A stretch of 64,000 nt of DNA from an uncultured Acidimicrobiia bacterium (GTDB lineage: Bacteria > Acidobacteriota > Terriglobia > Versatilivoradales > Versatilivoraceae), in NCBI GenBank assembly GCA_963786955.1, contig CAWBAT010000005.1:736001-800000 (forward strand). The letters are read 5' to 3'. This document shows positions 10,614-23,936 of the stretch, piece after piece. A model generated the notes under the pieces. That model ran no database searches, was not told where the DNA came from, and saw only the letters and a program-made list of their open reading frames with translations. Position 1 is the stretch's first letter, and each line of letters opens with the position of its first letter. Both the position numbers and the translations under genes were made by a program.

Positions 10614-12539
10614 ATGAGACGGATCTTTCTTAGCAGTATCCTGCTGTTTCTGATTCCAAGCCTCATTCTCATTGCACAAGAAAGTATAACGAAGGTTTCT
10701 ATCGAGACTTATCCCAAGGATCGGCGTGTGCGTCCTTTAGAGTCAATGGTTTTACAACTGGTTGTGAATGGGGATGTCAGTGACCGAAGCGGTGAAAGAA
10801 AGAACGTTCTTCTAAAGGAGAATGCCACCAACTTCAAAATTCTCGACAAGAATGGAGGCTGGCTCTCAAAACCTTTTCTTTACCAAGGTAATAAAACGCT
10901 TTTGAACGAATTTAAGACGACCAACCCGCTTGAGGCTCTCATGGGAGTGGGTAAAGATTTTCTTTGGCAAGACAGCGTCCTATACACCGCTCCGGAGAAA
11001 TCTGGAAAGTATAAGATTGAAGTGAAAGTAGCGAATAAGGTTGCAACAGTTGAAATCGAAGTGACACCAAAAGCTTCATCTTCCAGGGGTTCAGAGAAAA
11101 TATTTTTTTCAGGAGAAAAAGTTCAATCCGATCCATACTTCACTCTCGCCCAGCATTACGCACCCTTCATTGCGCAGGAAACATGGTTTACGCCTAAAGC
11201 CGACTACCTTGCCCGATTTGATTTTGACGGGGATTGGCGTGGCGAAAATAATTGGGATGACCTTGAAATCGGGAGTTCTCAAGCCTATGTCTATTACACG
11301 GTCATGGAAACCGGTTCCCATTGGTTTGTGATCTATAATTTTTTTCATCCAAGGGACTATTCGGACCGCTGCGTGGCCGGCACATGCCATGAGAACGACA
11401 ACGAAGGGTTAATCTTGACGATTGCCAAGGATGGAACTCAATTTGGGCGATTGCAGGTTATGGAGACCCTTGCCCATAACAACATTTATTCTTACCGTAT
11501 TGACCAACGTATCAAAAATGGGGTGCATGACATTGATGGGGAGATCGAATTGTGGAGTCAATCCCATCCGGTTGTCTTTATTGAGTCCGGCGGGCATGGC
11601 GTCTTTGGTTCTGCCGCCGGGCACTCTCGATTTATCCTGTCAAAAGGCTTTACGACGGGCACGGGCGTTACCTTCATTTACAAAGGCAAGGCGGAGCGCC
11701 CGAGGTATCCGAATGATCGAGACATAGGGTATGAACTATTGCCGATTGCGGATCAGTGGTGGAATCGAGTTGGAACCGGGGAGAAAGAGAAGATGTTTGA
11801 TGAGTACTTCATCTATCAGCCACTGGGGGGACGTCCTGTCACCCGAGTTTCCCCAATCCCTGGTTCCTTTCTCGGCCGAAAAGAAGCCTCGAATAAGGCG
11901 AAGCCTTTTTGGGGATGGAGCGACAATCTTACCAGTAAGAAAAAAGTGCTGGCGGTTGGACAATGGGGGCTGGATCCGGCATACGCCGTTTTTCATAATC
12001 TCCAGTTTCCTGCTACTGAACCCTTCTCGTTGGATTATGTTTTCAACCCATATCTCAGTGTCGACAACAACCATTTGCCTGCAGTTCCCGCGAGCAATGG
12101 ACGAGTCGTTGAACCTAAATCATCTTCTCAGCCAACGATCCCGACCGATCAGGCGAGGAATTCAGGATTCCCTCCCCCAGCGCCATCTCTGCTCGAACTC
12201 CCGTCCTATCGAAGCAAAGACTACAATGCAAAATCCAAGGAAGGCACCCTGAACCTCAGACTCCACGTGGATGGCTCAGTAAAAATTTATGTCCAGGGAG
12301 AAAGAATCCGCTACGAAATTGAAAGTGGACGCCCCCCGCGAGAAGATGGATCTGATTTCACTCAACCCCTTCCAGGTGTTCCGGTGAAATCCTTTAACGT
12401 TAAGAAGAAGGATGGGCGCGGAGAAGTCCAAATATTGGAGCAGCCTAACAAGAATAATCAATACAGGGCATGTCTCCAGATCAATGATCCGAAGGGAGGA
12501 GAAGACCGCTATTGGGTTGAAATCAAGTGGAAGAGGTAG
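10614..12539 (+). CDS. Secreted multidomain hypothetical protein (central NPP1/Vps62-like domain suspected)
   Basis: GGAGG RBS, signal peptide, HYAPFIAQ...FDFDGDW...HENDNEG...HPVVFIESGGHG, Pro-rich linker, C-terminal beta domain. Confidence 0.7.
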   Translation: MRRIFLSSILLFLIPSLILIAQESITKVSIETYPKDRRVRPLESMVLQLVVNGDVSDRSGERKNVLLKENATNFKILDKNGGWLSKPFLYQGNKTLLNEFKTTNPLEALMGVGKDFLWQDSVLYTAPEKSGKYKIEVKVANKVATVEIEVTPKASSSRGSEKIFFSGEKVQSDPYFTLAQHYAPFIAQETWFTPKADYLARFDFDGDWRGENNWDDLEIGSSQAYVYYTVMETGSHWFVIYNFFHPRDYSDRCVAGTCHENDNEGLILTIAKDGTQFGRLQVMETLAHNNIYSYRIDQRIKNGVHDIDGEIELWSQSHPVVFIESGGHGVFGSAAGHSRFILSKGFTTGTGVTFIYKGKAERPRYPNDRDIGYELLPIADQWWNRVGTGEKEKMFDEYFIYQPLGGRPVTRVSPIPGSFLGRKEASNKAKPFWGWSDNLTSKKKVLAVGQWGLDPAYAVFHNLQFPATEPFSLDYVFNPYLSVDNNHLPAVPASNGRVVEPKSSSQPTIPTDQARNSGFPPPAPSLLELPSYRSKDYNAKSKEGTLNLRLHVDGSVKIYVQGERIRYEIESGRPPREDGSDFTQPLPGVPVKSFNVKKKDGRGEVQILEQPNKNNQYRACLQINDPKGGEDRYWVEIKWKR

Positions 12540-12552
12540 AAGGGTGAACCCT

Positions 12553-14064
<1,512 letters not shown>

Positions 14065-14102
14065 TCATGACCTCACGCAGTTCGTTTTTCGAGGCGGCAC
14101 GT

Positions 14103-17033
14103 TCACGATGCTTTCGCGCCACAACATTTTTTGTATTTCTTCCCGCTCCCGCAAGGACAGGGGTCGTTCCTTCCAACCTTCGGCCCCCTAATGACCGTCT
14201 GCGGCGCTTCCGCAGCAGATTCACTGCTATTGAGGATAAGCTGTTGCTTCTTATGGTGGCGCTCCATTTCTCTCACCCTTTCTTCTTCATCCACGGGCTG
14301 GAGCAGGTACAGGTAACGAAGGCTCTCTTCCTCAATAGTGTTCATCATCGTTTGGAAAGTCTCGAAAGATTCCTTCTTATACTCGACAAGCGGATCACGC
14401 TGTCCGTATCCCCGCAGCCCAATGCCTTCTTTGAGCTGGTCCATGGAGAGAAGATGATCCTTCCAGTGCGAATCCAAAACATTCAAGAGAATGACTCGCT
14501 CATGCATCCGCATCGCTTCAGAACCGATCTTCTGTTCCTTAGTCTCCAATCGCTCTTTGGCTCTTCGAAAAATAGCTTCTTGTAACTCTGCTTGACTCAG
14601 CTGGGTGGGATGGATCTTTTCATAAACGATATCGATCCCAAATTGATGCATCACCGCGTGACGCAACTCTTCGACAATCCAATCGGTAGGATTCTTATCA
14701 GGATCGCAATGCTTCTGGAGTGAATCGGCAATCAAATCTTCAGTCAAGGTAAGCAGATATTCTTTGTGAGTGCTTTCACTTAAGAATTGGTGTCGAAGAC
14801 CGTAGATGGTCTTCCGCTGCTGGTTCATCACATCGTCATATTCCAGCAAATGTTTTCGAATGGTGAAATTATGCGCCTCTACCTGTTTCTGGGCAGCCTC
14901 GATGCGGCGGCTGATCAGTCTCGACTCAATGGGAACTCCCTCCTCCATTCCGAGCCGTTGCATGATATTGGATACTTTTTCGCTGGCAAAGATTCTCATC
15001 AAGTCGTCTTCGAGCGAAAGGTAGAACCGGGAGGTCCCAGGATCTCCCTGGCGGCCGGAACGTCCGCGTAATTGATTGTCGATTCGGCGGGACTCATGGC
15101 GCTCAGTGCCCAGGATATGGAGTCCGTTCAACGCGATCACATCATTATGGTCCTTTTGAACTTCCGCCAGAATCTTTTGATAGACTTCGTCCCATTCCTC
15201 TTTGCTTGCCAAGTCAGGATTAACACCTTTTTTCCGGAGTTGCTCCCTCGCCTGGTATTCAGCATTCCCACCCAGGAGGATGTCAGTACCACGTCCTGCC
15301 ATATTGGTGGCAATGGTCACTGATCCTCGACGCCCGGCTTGCGCGACGATTTCCGCTTCTTTCTCGTGATATTTGGCGTTGAGAACGACATGCTTGATGC
15401 CTGACTTCTTGAGCATGGCACTGAGCCGTTCAGACTTCTCAATCGAAATGGTGCCGACCAGAATGGGCTGCCCTTTCTCGTGGAGTTCTTTGATCTCCTC
15501 CACCACGGCGGTGAACTTTTCACGTTCTGTCCGGTAAACCAAATCCGGATAGTCCGTCCGGATCATGGCTCTGTTGGGGGGGGCGACGACGACTTCCAAG
15601 TTGTAAATCTTATTGAATTCTACAGCCTCAGTATCTGCCGTACCCGTCATCCCGGATAGTTTCTTATACATACGGAAATAATTCTGGAACGTGATCGTCG
15701 CAAGCGTCTGGTTTTCCCGTTCGATCTTCACCCGCTCTTTGGCTTCGATCGCTTCGTGCAAACCGTCGCTCCAGCGACGGCCCGGCATCATACGTCCGGT
15801 GAACTCATCAACGATCATGATCTTATTATCATTCACGACATACTGGACATCCTTCTCATAGAGCCAGTAAGCTTTGACCAGTTGCTGAATGGTATGGATT
15901 CTTTCCGTGACTTCAATGTAGCGCTCTTCGGTATAGCTAGGGTCTTCCGGGTCCGGGATGATGTAGTCTTCCATCCGGTCACCCGCCAGATACTCTCGCC
16001 CCTTTTCAGTGATTTCGACGTTGTGTGATTTCTCGTCGATGACGCAAAAGAGCTGATTGTCAAATTCGGACATCTGTTTATTGACCATCAACTCTCCCTC
16101 AACCTGGTCAATCTTCTTCTTCAGGTCACGGGACTTGGACATCAGATCGAGATACTGCCGATTCTTGGGGTCACCCCGTTTCACCAGGAGGAGTTGCTCC
16201 AGAGCCTCCGTGGGATAGCTGCCATTTCCCTCAATCTTCTCAATAGCTTCCCGCAAACATTGACTAATCAGCCGAGATTGAGCTTCTCGTATCTTCTCAG
16301 CCAGAGGCCGCATGGAAATGTAATTCTTTTGCTGTGAACTTTCGACCGGCCCGGAAATGATCAAAGGGGTCCTGGCTTCATCGATCAAAATGGAGTCCAC
16401 CTCGTCGACAATCGCGTAATGGTGGCCCCTCTGGACTAACTCATTCACCTCAAACTTCATATTGTCCCGAAGGTAGTCGAAGCCAAACTCATTATTGGTT
16501 CCGTAAGTGACGTCACAGGCGTAAGCCTCGCGCCGTTCTTCGTCATCCATGTCGTGCTGGATAGTGCCTACGCTCAGGCCCAGAAATTTGTAAATCTTCC
16601 CCATCCACTCACTGTCACGGCGGGCCAAATAGTCGTTTACCGTGATCACATGAACACCCTTTCCTTCAAGGCTATTGAGATAGACAGGCAAGGTGGCAAC
16701 TAGCGTTTTTCCTTCGCCAGTCTTCATTTCAGCGATCTTACCTTGATGGAGTATGATACCGCCCATTAACTGAACATCGAAATGCCTCATGTTCAAAACT
16801 CTTTTGCCTACTTCACGGACGACGGCGAAAGCCTCCGGAATCAGGTCATCCAGAGATTCTCCATTGGCCAAACGGTTTCTGAATTCGGAGGTTTTGGCGG
16901 TCAATTCCGAGTCGGTAAGCTTCGAAATTGAGGGTTCAAGACTGGAAATCGTCTCGGTTAAGGGGCGAATTGCTTTGATGTCCCTCTCATGCTTGCTGCC
17001 AAAGATCTTTTTTAAAACGGTATCTACGATCAA
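14103..17033 (-). CDS. secA: Preprotein translocase ATPase SecA
   Basis: MKTGEGKT, DEVDSILIDEARTPLIISG, QLRGRSGRQGDPG, C-terminal GRNDPCPCGSGKKYKKCC. Confidence 0.98.
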   Translation of the reverse strand: MIVDTVLKKIFGSKHERDIKAIRPLTETISSLEPSISKLTDSELTAKTSEFRNRLANGESLDDLIPEAFAVVREVGKRVLNMRHFDVQLMGGIILHQGKIAEMKTGEGKTLVATLPVYLNSLEGKGVHVITVNDYLARRDSEWMGKIYKFLGLSVGTIQHDMDDEERREAYACDVTYGTNNEFGFDYLRDNMKFEVNELVQRGHHYAIVDEVDSILIDEARTPLIISGPVESSQQKNYISMRPLAEKIREAQSRLISQCLREAIEKIEGNGSYPTEALEQLLLVKRGDPKNRQYLDLMSKSRDLKKKIDQVEGELMVNKQMSEFDNQLFCVIDEKSHNVEITEKGREYLAGDRMEDYIIPDPEDPSYTEERYIEVTERIHTIQQLVKAYWLYEKDVQYVVNDNKIMIVDEFTGRMMPGRRWSDGLHEAIEAKERVKIERENQTLATITFQNYFRMYKKLSGMTGTADTEAVEFNKIYNLEVVVAPPNRAMIRTDYPDLVYRTEREKFTAVVEEIKELHEKGQPILVGTISIEKSERLSAMLKKSGIKHVVLNAKYHEKEAEIVAQAGRRGSVTIATNMAGRGTDILLGGNAEYQAREQLRKKGVNPDLASKEEWDEVYQKILAEVQKDHNDVIALNGLHILGTERHESRRIDNQLRGRSGRQGDPGTSRFYLSLEDDLMRIFASEKVSNIMQRLGMEEGVPIESRLISRRIEAAQKQVEAHNFTIRKHLLEYDDVMNQQRKTIYGLRHQFLSESTHKEYLLTLTEDLIADSLQKHCDPDKNPTDWIVEELRHAVMHQFGIDIVYEKIHPTQLSQAELQEAIFRRAKERLETKEQKIGSEAMRMHERVILLNVLDSHWKDHLLSMDQLKEGIGLRGYGQRDPLVEYKKESFETFQTMMNTIEEESLRYLYLLQPVDEEERVREMERHHKKQQLILNSSESAAEAPQTVIRGPKVGRNDPCPCGSGKKYKKCCGAKAS

Positions 17034-17294
17034 CTAGGACTCTCCTACCTCACTGGCTAAAACTCCATATTATGAATGGATGAGATTCAAAGTCAAGGAA
17101 GGCTGCCATCCGGCCACTCCAGATGCATTGAAATCCCAAGCATGGACCCTTGAAATTTGAGGGTGAGCACTCCCCCTATCGATTTCGTGAACCGATTCAT
17201 CCCGATGGAAATTGCGGCGGGATGGTATCCTCTGTTGCAGGAATGTGAATTGAGATAGACTGAACTCCAGTCATTCACGTGGAAGGAAGTCTTC

Positions 17295-18302
17295 ATGAAG
17301 ATCAAATCGATGGGGAAAACGGGGCTGAAGGTCAGTGAAATTTGTCTGGGAACCATGACCTTTGGATATCAGGCCGATGAGGCTACCGCCATCAGAATAC
17401 TGGACATTGCAGCCGATTCCGGCATCAACTGCATTGACACGGCTGATGTCTACCCTTTTCCCCCTTCTTTCGAGCGAGCTGGGAATACTGAAACGATTAT
17501 CGGACGCTGGTTAAAAGGAAAACGAGACCGGTTTGTTTTGGCCACGAAATGCGGAATACCCATGAGTCAAGACCCCAACTGCGGTGGACTTTCGAGGAAG
17601 CATATCTTCCAGGCCCTGGAGGGAAGCCTGCGGCGACTTCAAACCGATTACATCGACCTGTATTACGTGCACCAACCGGATCTTGAGACCCCGATCGAAG
17701 AGACCTTACGAGCCCTCGACGATCTGGTTCGCGCAGGACGGATCCGGTACATCGGCTGCTCAAACTTCACCGCCTGGCAGATAGCCAAATCACTCTGGAC
17801 CTCCGACAAGAGGAATTTGCACTCCTTCACCGCGATTCAACATCGTTATAATCTGCTTTTTCGGGAAATCGAGAATGAAACCCTCCCTTTGTGTCAAGAA
17901 CAAGGCTTGGGCGTGTTTGCGTATAATCCTCTCTCAGGAGGTTTTTTGACCGGAAAATATGAACGAGGTCAAGACCCCGACAACCACTCTCGATTTGGCC
18001 TGGTTCCCGACCCAAAAAGCCTGTACCGTGAACGCTACTGGAAGTCCTATCATTTCGACGCCATTGACAGGATGAAACAATTCTTCAAGCCTCGTGGAAA
18101 AGAATTGATCCATGTTGCCCTGGCATGGGTACTGGGCCAACCCGGGATTAGCTCCGCCATTCTCGGCGCCAGCCGTCCAGACCAATTACAACATGGATTG
18201 GCTGGGGTTGGACTTGTGTTGGACGATGAAGAAAAAATATTCTGTGACGACTTGTGGTTTTCCTTGCCTAGAGTCAAAGATCCAAAGTTTTCGTTACGCT
18301 AA
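17295..18302 (+). CDS. Aldo/keto reductase
   Basis: GLKVSEICLGTMTFG, DTADVY, SLRRLQTDYIDLY, IGCSN. Confidence 0.95.
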   Translation: MKIKSMGKTGLKVSEICLGTMTFGYQADEATAIRILDIAADSGINCIDTADVYPFPPSFERAGNTETIIGRWLKGKRDRFVLATKCGIPMSQDPNCGGLSRKHIFQALEGSLRRLQTDYIDLYYVHQPDLETPIEETLRALDDLVRAGRIRYIGCSNFTAWQIAKSLWTSDKRNLHSFTAIQHRYNLLFREIENETLPLCQEQGLGVFAYNPLSGGFLTGKYERGQDPDNHSRFGLVPDPKSLYRERYWKSYHFDAIDRMKQFFKPRGKELIHVALAWVLGQPGISSAILGASRPDQLQHGLAGVGLVLDDEEKIFCDDLWFSLPRVKDPKFSLR

Positions 18303-18315
18303 AAAAGAGGGAACA

Positions 18316-18594
18316 ATGACTGACACAACCGAGCCTACTCAAGAGAAAAGTCCGTATTCAAATACGCTGGTGATTGAGGCAAAAGACTTTCGCTTTACCA
18401 CAATTGAACATGCCAATGGACTGGCAACTGTGGTTCGGTTTCAACTAATGAATTCTTCTGTCAAACCCGGCGATGTCTTGCTGGTATTGACAGGAGCAGA
18501 CGTTCACTTTCATGGGCTCATACGTTTGATCGAAGACGGGTGGGCACTCGCCACAGACTCCCAAAGTCTTCTCCCCGTTCCTACCGTCAATTAG
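18316..18594 (+). CDS. Small hypothetical protein (92 aa)
   Basis: GAGG RBS then ATG 18316 (MTDTTEP...); fits exactly between the AKR and the peptidase. Confidence 0.6.
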   Translation: MTDTTEPTQEKSPYSNTLVIEAKDFRFTTIEHANGLATVVRFQLMNSSVKPGDVLLVLTGADVHFHGLIRLIEDGWALATDSQSLLPVPTVN

Positions 18595-18597
18595 ACT

Positions 18598-19751
18598 ATG
18601 ACCTCTCGTTCAATAAGGACAATCGCGGAGGCTCGCCTTATCTTCGCCTCCAGCGAGAAAGATGCCAATCTGCTTTATGCCACCCGCTTCTTTGCGCCGG
18701 ATGCGTTCATCTACTTTACTTGCCGGGGAGAATCATTTTTGGTCATGAGTGATTTAGAAATTGATCGGGCCAAAAAGCAGGCCCAAGTCGATCACATCCT
18801 CTCTCAATCTGAAGTGGCTCGATCGATCAAGGCGGAAGAAGAAAAGGACCCCTGATACCGGGGGAATCTTGAATTATTTGTTCTCCCAAAGGAAGAATCC
18901 GGACGATTGAGGTTCCTCAGGATTTTCCAATCGGGCTGGCCGACAGGCTCAGGAAGGACGGTTTCCACCTGGGACCTTCTCCGGGAGAGTTTTTTGAGGA
19001 ACGCGAAATTAAGACTCGAGATGAGATTCGTGCCATTCGCAAGGTTCAACAGGTAGCTGAAGCAGGGATGGAGGAGGCCATCGAGATGATCCGGCGGGCC
19101 CGTATCAGCTTCTACCGGGCTGCTGCTCCTAGAAGGGGAAAAACTGACCTCAGAGAGAGTGAAGCAGAGGATTGCAGAGGCGGGTCATCGGTATGGATGC
19201 GTTGCCGCACACACGATTGTGAGCTGCGGACGGCAAGCTTGTGATCCTCATGAAGAGGGGCATGGCACATTACGCGCCCATCAACCAATCATTTTGGATA
19301 TATTCCCCCGCTCACAACAAACAGGCTACTGGGGGGACATCACCCGAACCGTGGTGAAGGAAGGGTCTCCGAGCGTTTAGCACTTGTGTATCAGACCGTA
19401 TTGGAAGGCCAATTGATGGGATTGAATGAGATTAGAGAAGGTGCCCGCGGGGACTTAATCCATCAGTCAATCGTAAGCCACTTTAAGTCCAAAGGGTTTG
19501 AAACCGGGAAAAGAAACGGCCGGATGGAAGGCTTCTTTCATGGAACCGGCCACGGAGTTGGATTAGAGATTCATGAACTTCCACGAATCGGTCACTCGCG
19601 CAGAAACTCCACTCAGAGCGGGACACATCGTGACAGTTGAGCCGGGGCTTTACTATCCAGAGATCGGGGGGATTCGCATTGAGGATTTAGTCCTCGTAAA
19701 AAGAAGGGGCATCAAAATCTAACGCAGTTTCCTAAATATTTTGAAATCTGA
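18598..19751 (+). CDS. Xaa-Pro aminopeptidase (M24), multiply frameshifted
   Basis: DPHEEG, ILDIFP, YWGDITRT, FFHGTGHGVGLEIHE, VTVEPGLYY, GGIRIED across frames. Confidence 0.85.
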
Positions 19752-19769
19752 CCATCCCCATAGCCAATA

Positions 19770-19867
19770 CTAATACGCATTCATGAATTCAATGAGTATG
19801 CATTAGATGGGCGCCAGCGTGGGGTCCATGGGCTACATAGCTGACGCCGGGTCACCGACCCGGCGTT
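19770..19867. repeat. Short IR plus REP-like hairpin between convergent genes
   Basis: CTAATACGCATTCAT..ATGAGTATGCATTAG followed by ACGCCGGGTC-ACC-GACCCGGCGT. Confidence 0.55.
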
Positions 19868-19913
19868 CGCATCGAATTTCTGGAAAGCGGTGCCATGCAG
19901 CATTCCACCTGCA

Positions 19914-21619
19914 TTACTGGCTGATGCCGGCTCGGTTTAGCGCCCCCGGTTGCAGCAAGGATACCTGACTCGCTATTTTCCCCCTGAAATGCTGATTTGC
20001 AGAATCCCTCCATTGATCAGCGATTGCACGGCAATGATTGCCCCCAATCCCGTCACCGCTAAAGAGGAGAATACGGGTAACGATTTTCCAAAGACGGCCT
20101 TCCCCCGTGAACCTCTCCATAATAACCTCGAGCATAAATCATCATCAACCCAATGGCCATCAAGACCACGGCCAATCCCAGGCTGAAGGCGACAATTAAA
20201 TTAATCCTAATCCAACTCGGTTAATGGAAATTGCGCTCAACAGTACCACTAACGCCGAAGGACAGGGGACCATGCCTCCTGTCACCCCCAGAGTGAACAG
20301 GTCTTTGAATTTAACCTGCGAATAATCGTGAGAATGAGCCACGCCACCGTGCGTATGAACGAGATCGCCATGACTGTGAGTCAAATGGGAGTGTTCATGA
20401 TCCGTGTGAGTTGGATGAGTATGATCGGGTGCACACGTGGGCATGCGAGTGGCTTTGGCCACCATGGGAATGGAGATGGAGATTTCTGTAGCGCTGAAGA
20501 AATAACCCAAAACCAATCACGACTACTCCCAAACCAGAACCAAAACCCAGCCAGGGATAGAGTTTTTCAGGGAGTACATACTTTGAGGCGTATAGCGTAA
20601 TCAGTCCGAGGATAAAAACTCCCAGTGTGTGTGTGATCGTGACAATAGCTCCGAGCAGAATGGCATGTTTTGCAGTTCCCCTCGTCCCGACCAAATACGC
20701 ACCTACCACAGTCTTACCATGTCCGGGAGAGAGGGCGTGGAATGCACCCAGGCTAAAAGCGACGATGAGCGCTAACAGGATGATGCTCGTCTTGAGTTCT
20801 GATTGGGATAGTAATTGTACAAGGCGTCCCTGTTCTGCTCGCGCCATGGAATCATTATTCCGGAAGAGGGCAATGCTTCCAGGGGAATCACCTTTTCTAG
20901 AAGAAACTCCCCCGCCGGAGGACAACCCAACAGACGGTGTTCCCATTCTGAATCGGATCGACGCAGTCAGATTCTGGGGAGAGGGGATGGCCGGATCTTC
21001 AGGGTATACGCTGAGTTCGTTGGTCTTATCGCTCGTCGGTACCGTGGCCTCAACAAAATCAATCCCTTCTCCGGGGGTCGCCACAATTTCTTTCCACCCT
21101 TGCCGACCTTCGAAATTCTTGTCTTCATAGTCCAGAATCATAGGCTCAACGAAGGAGCCGAGGGAAATCTCGGCGCGATAATCTCAATGTAATCTTCATC
21201 GTCGGCAAATTGTACCCCCCGGGAATCAAGTCCAAGGACTGAGACATCCGCTGAAATGAAATCTTCCTGCCGTTCAGGCGGAGAGAGAGATTCCAGGTTA
21301 AGTCTTCGACCTTCCGCGCAAGGTAGCGATCTTTTTCAGGAACCTCAATCTGGCCGTTGCCGTTCCCATCAATCACATTCATTTCCTGAAACGTAGGAAT
21401 CTCGGCCGTATCGATGATGTAAAGAAGCTGGATTACTTGAGGATCGATCTGAATCTTGGAGTAGTGGCTAATCGAGAAGTTCCCCATCGGGTGGGCAAGA
21501 ATGGCTTCTGGGAAAAAGACAACCAAGAGTGTATGCCAATAATATGAGAGAAATATGTTTTGAGCGGCGGAAAGTTGACAAGGACCTGCCTCTTCTCTCT
21601 TCGGTCCCGGAACCAGCAC
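19914..21619 (-). CDS. Ni/Co transporter (RcnA/NiCoT-like) with N-terminal periplasmic domain, frameshifted
   Basis: HPMGNFSISHY, GAFHALSPGHGKT, His-rich loop, GGMVPCPSALVVLL. Confidence 0.85.
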
Positions 21620-21773
21620 CAGGAAATCGAATCAAATGGAATTGAAGTAATTTTAGCGCAGGTTTTCGGGACAAAACGAGAGGGTTCTTGCGGACAGCCG
21701 ATATCAGCCATTCATAGCCGGCCTGACAGGCCTGAAGTTTGTCGGGACGCCAAGGGGCGCGAATTCAACGAGG

Positions 21774-22777
21774 TTAATTCTTCTTCCCGAGAGAACGGCA
21801 GATGTCTTTAATGACGATCTCCCCGTGAAACCTGCCGTTTTCAATGAAGACTTCATTCGTATTCATGCCGGCGACCACCACTCCTGCCAGATACACGCCC
21901 GGGACTATGACTTTCAAAAGTCTTTTCATGATAAAGAGGTCTTTGTCCGGCAGATTCAAGGTGGATCCCAACGGATTGGAAAAACTCCAGGTCTGGACGA
22001 TAACCTGTCATGGCAAATACGAAATCATTTTTGAGTTCCCAGGTCTCTGCTGCGTTGATTTCTCAAGCGAACGGAACGCTGTGCAATTTCGATCACGGAG
22101 GTCTCAAAAAAGGCCGCAATCTCATGATTCTTAATTCGATTTTCAATGTCGGGTCGGATCCAATATTTGATACTGGTGCTGAGCTCCTTCTCCCGATGGA
22201 TCAGAGTCACACGCGCCCCGGTCCGATAGAGTTCAAGCGCAGCAATGGCCGCTGAGTTCTTCCCCCCAATGACGGCTACATCCATTCCATAATACGGATG
22301 AGGTTCCGAGTAATAGTGATAGACCTTCGCGAGATCCTCTCCGGGAACACCCAAGATAATTGGGAATATCGTAATAACCCGTTGCCAGCACGACTTTTTG
22401 GGTTAAGTAAGTCAGCGGCTCCCCATCGCGGGTCTTTGTTCGAATTTCGAAGGAACCATCTTTCCCGGTGACGGAAGAGACTGTCTCGTAAAGGCGCAAC
22501 TTCAGCTTGATAGGTGTCGGCGACACGACGATAGTACTTCAAAGCTTCATTCCGAGTGGGCTTGTCATAGGAACTGACAAAAGGTAAGCCACCGATTTCC
22601 AAAAGTTCTGGAGTAGTAAAGAAAGTCATATGCACTGGAAAATTCTTGATCGAATTCACGATACAGCCCTTGTCGATGACAAGATAATCCAGCTGATTTT
22701 TTTCGGCCTCGATCCCACAAGCCAGACCAGTCGGCCCGGCTCCAATAATGATGACGTCTTTCAGAGCGGTCGTTCAT
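21774..22777 (-). CDS. ypdA: YpdA-family (putative bacillithiol disulfide) reductase, frameshifted
   Basis: IIGAGPTGL, MTFFTTPELLEIG, PTRNEALKYY, ATGYYD, GGKNSA, VFIENGRFH. Confidence 0.85.
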
Positions 22778-23792
22778 CGGTTATCCTGAATTCGCCCGTG
22801 ATCTTTACCCGTTTACCCGTCCGGGCTGATCTCTTGAGGGCGTCGATGACAATCATGTTTCTCCATCCATCTTCGGGGGGGATCAGCGGAGGCTTGTTTG
22901 TAAGAACACAGCGGCTGAAATGGTTTACTTCGTTATGATAGATTTCCCCCCCATCCCGGATCTCAATAACTTTGGCTTTACCATCCACTTCAAGAGTAAA
23001 GGTTGAGAGTTTGCCATCTGGCTTCCAAGGGGAAGGCGCCAGAATCTTTCCTCGCGTTCCAATGATCTCAATTCCCCGATCCAGAACTGTCCGAAAACTC
23101 GAATTGAAGATCCCCAATTTTCCTTCTGAGAAAACCAAAGTGCCCGCGAAATTCATGTCGACTTTCGTCCGTTTTCCACGCTCGGCATGACCCAAGACCA
23201 GCGATGGCTCTTCGCCGAAAAATGTTCGGATCGCATTCACGCAATAGCATCCGACATCCATCAGGCATCCTCCGCCCATTCTCGTCTCCAGTCGCACGTT
23301 GCCGGAATCTTCGTCGAGGGTGAACCCGAAGCCTGCCCGCATCACCCGGATCTCTCCGATCGTTCGTTCGCGGAGAAGCTCCTGAATCCTCAGAGTCTGT
23401 GGGTGGACCCGATACATGAATGCTTCCATCAACAGCCGGTTATTTCTCTTGGCAGCGGCTATCATTCGCCGGCATTCGGCAGCATTCTTGGCCAACGGCT
23501 TTTCACATAAAACATGTTTCCCTGCCTCCAGGGCACGAATGGTCCAGGCACAATGGAGGTGATTCGGGAGAGGATTGTAGATCACATCGACTTCGGGATC
23601 GTTCAACAATGTCTGATAGCGCTCGTAACATTTTTGAAAGCCGTATTCGCGGGCAAAGGCTTTGGCCTTCGGGAGACTGCGGCTCGCCACGGCATAAGAA
23701 CAGGCCAATTTTGAATCCCGTAAAGCTATTGCCAATGACCGGGCAATCTTGGCGGCGCCCAAAACTCCCCAATTGACCGTTTTCTTCTTCAA
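22761..23792 (-). CDS. Gfo/Idh/MocA oxidoreductase
   Basis: WGVLGAAKIA, GKHVLCEKP, GGGCLMDVGCY. Confidence 0.95.
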   Translation of the reverse strand: MKKKTVNWGVLGAAKIARSLAIALRDSKLACSYAVASRSLPKAKAFAREYGFQKCYERYQTLLNDPEVDVIYNPLPNHLHCAWTIRALEAGKHVLCEKPLAKNAAECRRMIAAAKRNNRLLMEAFMYRVHPQTLRIQELLRERTIGEIRVMRAGFGFTLDEDSGNVRLETRMGGGCLMDVGCYCVNAIRTFFGEEPSLVLGHAERGKRTKVDMNFAGTLVFSEGKLGIFNSSFRTVLDRGIEIIGTRGKILAPSPWKPDGKLSTFTLEVDGKAKVIEIRDGGEIYHNEVNHFSRCVLTNKPPLIPPEDGWRNMIVIDALKRSARTGKRVKITGEFRITDERPL

Positions 23793-23936
23793 GCAAGCCC
23801 CCTTTCCATCTTCCTCAAAGAAGGCTACCTTACGCGTAGATAAACCGCAACTGAAGATCCTTTCTGAATGGATCAGAAACGTTAGTATTCCTGTTCAACC
23901 AGTGAGGATTAAAAGGAACGGCTAGATTGAGATCTT

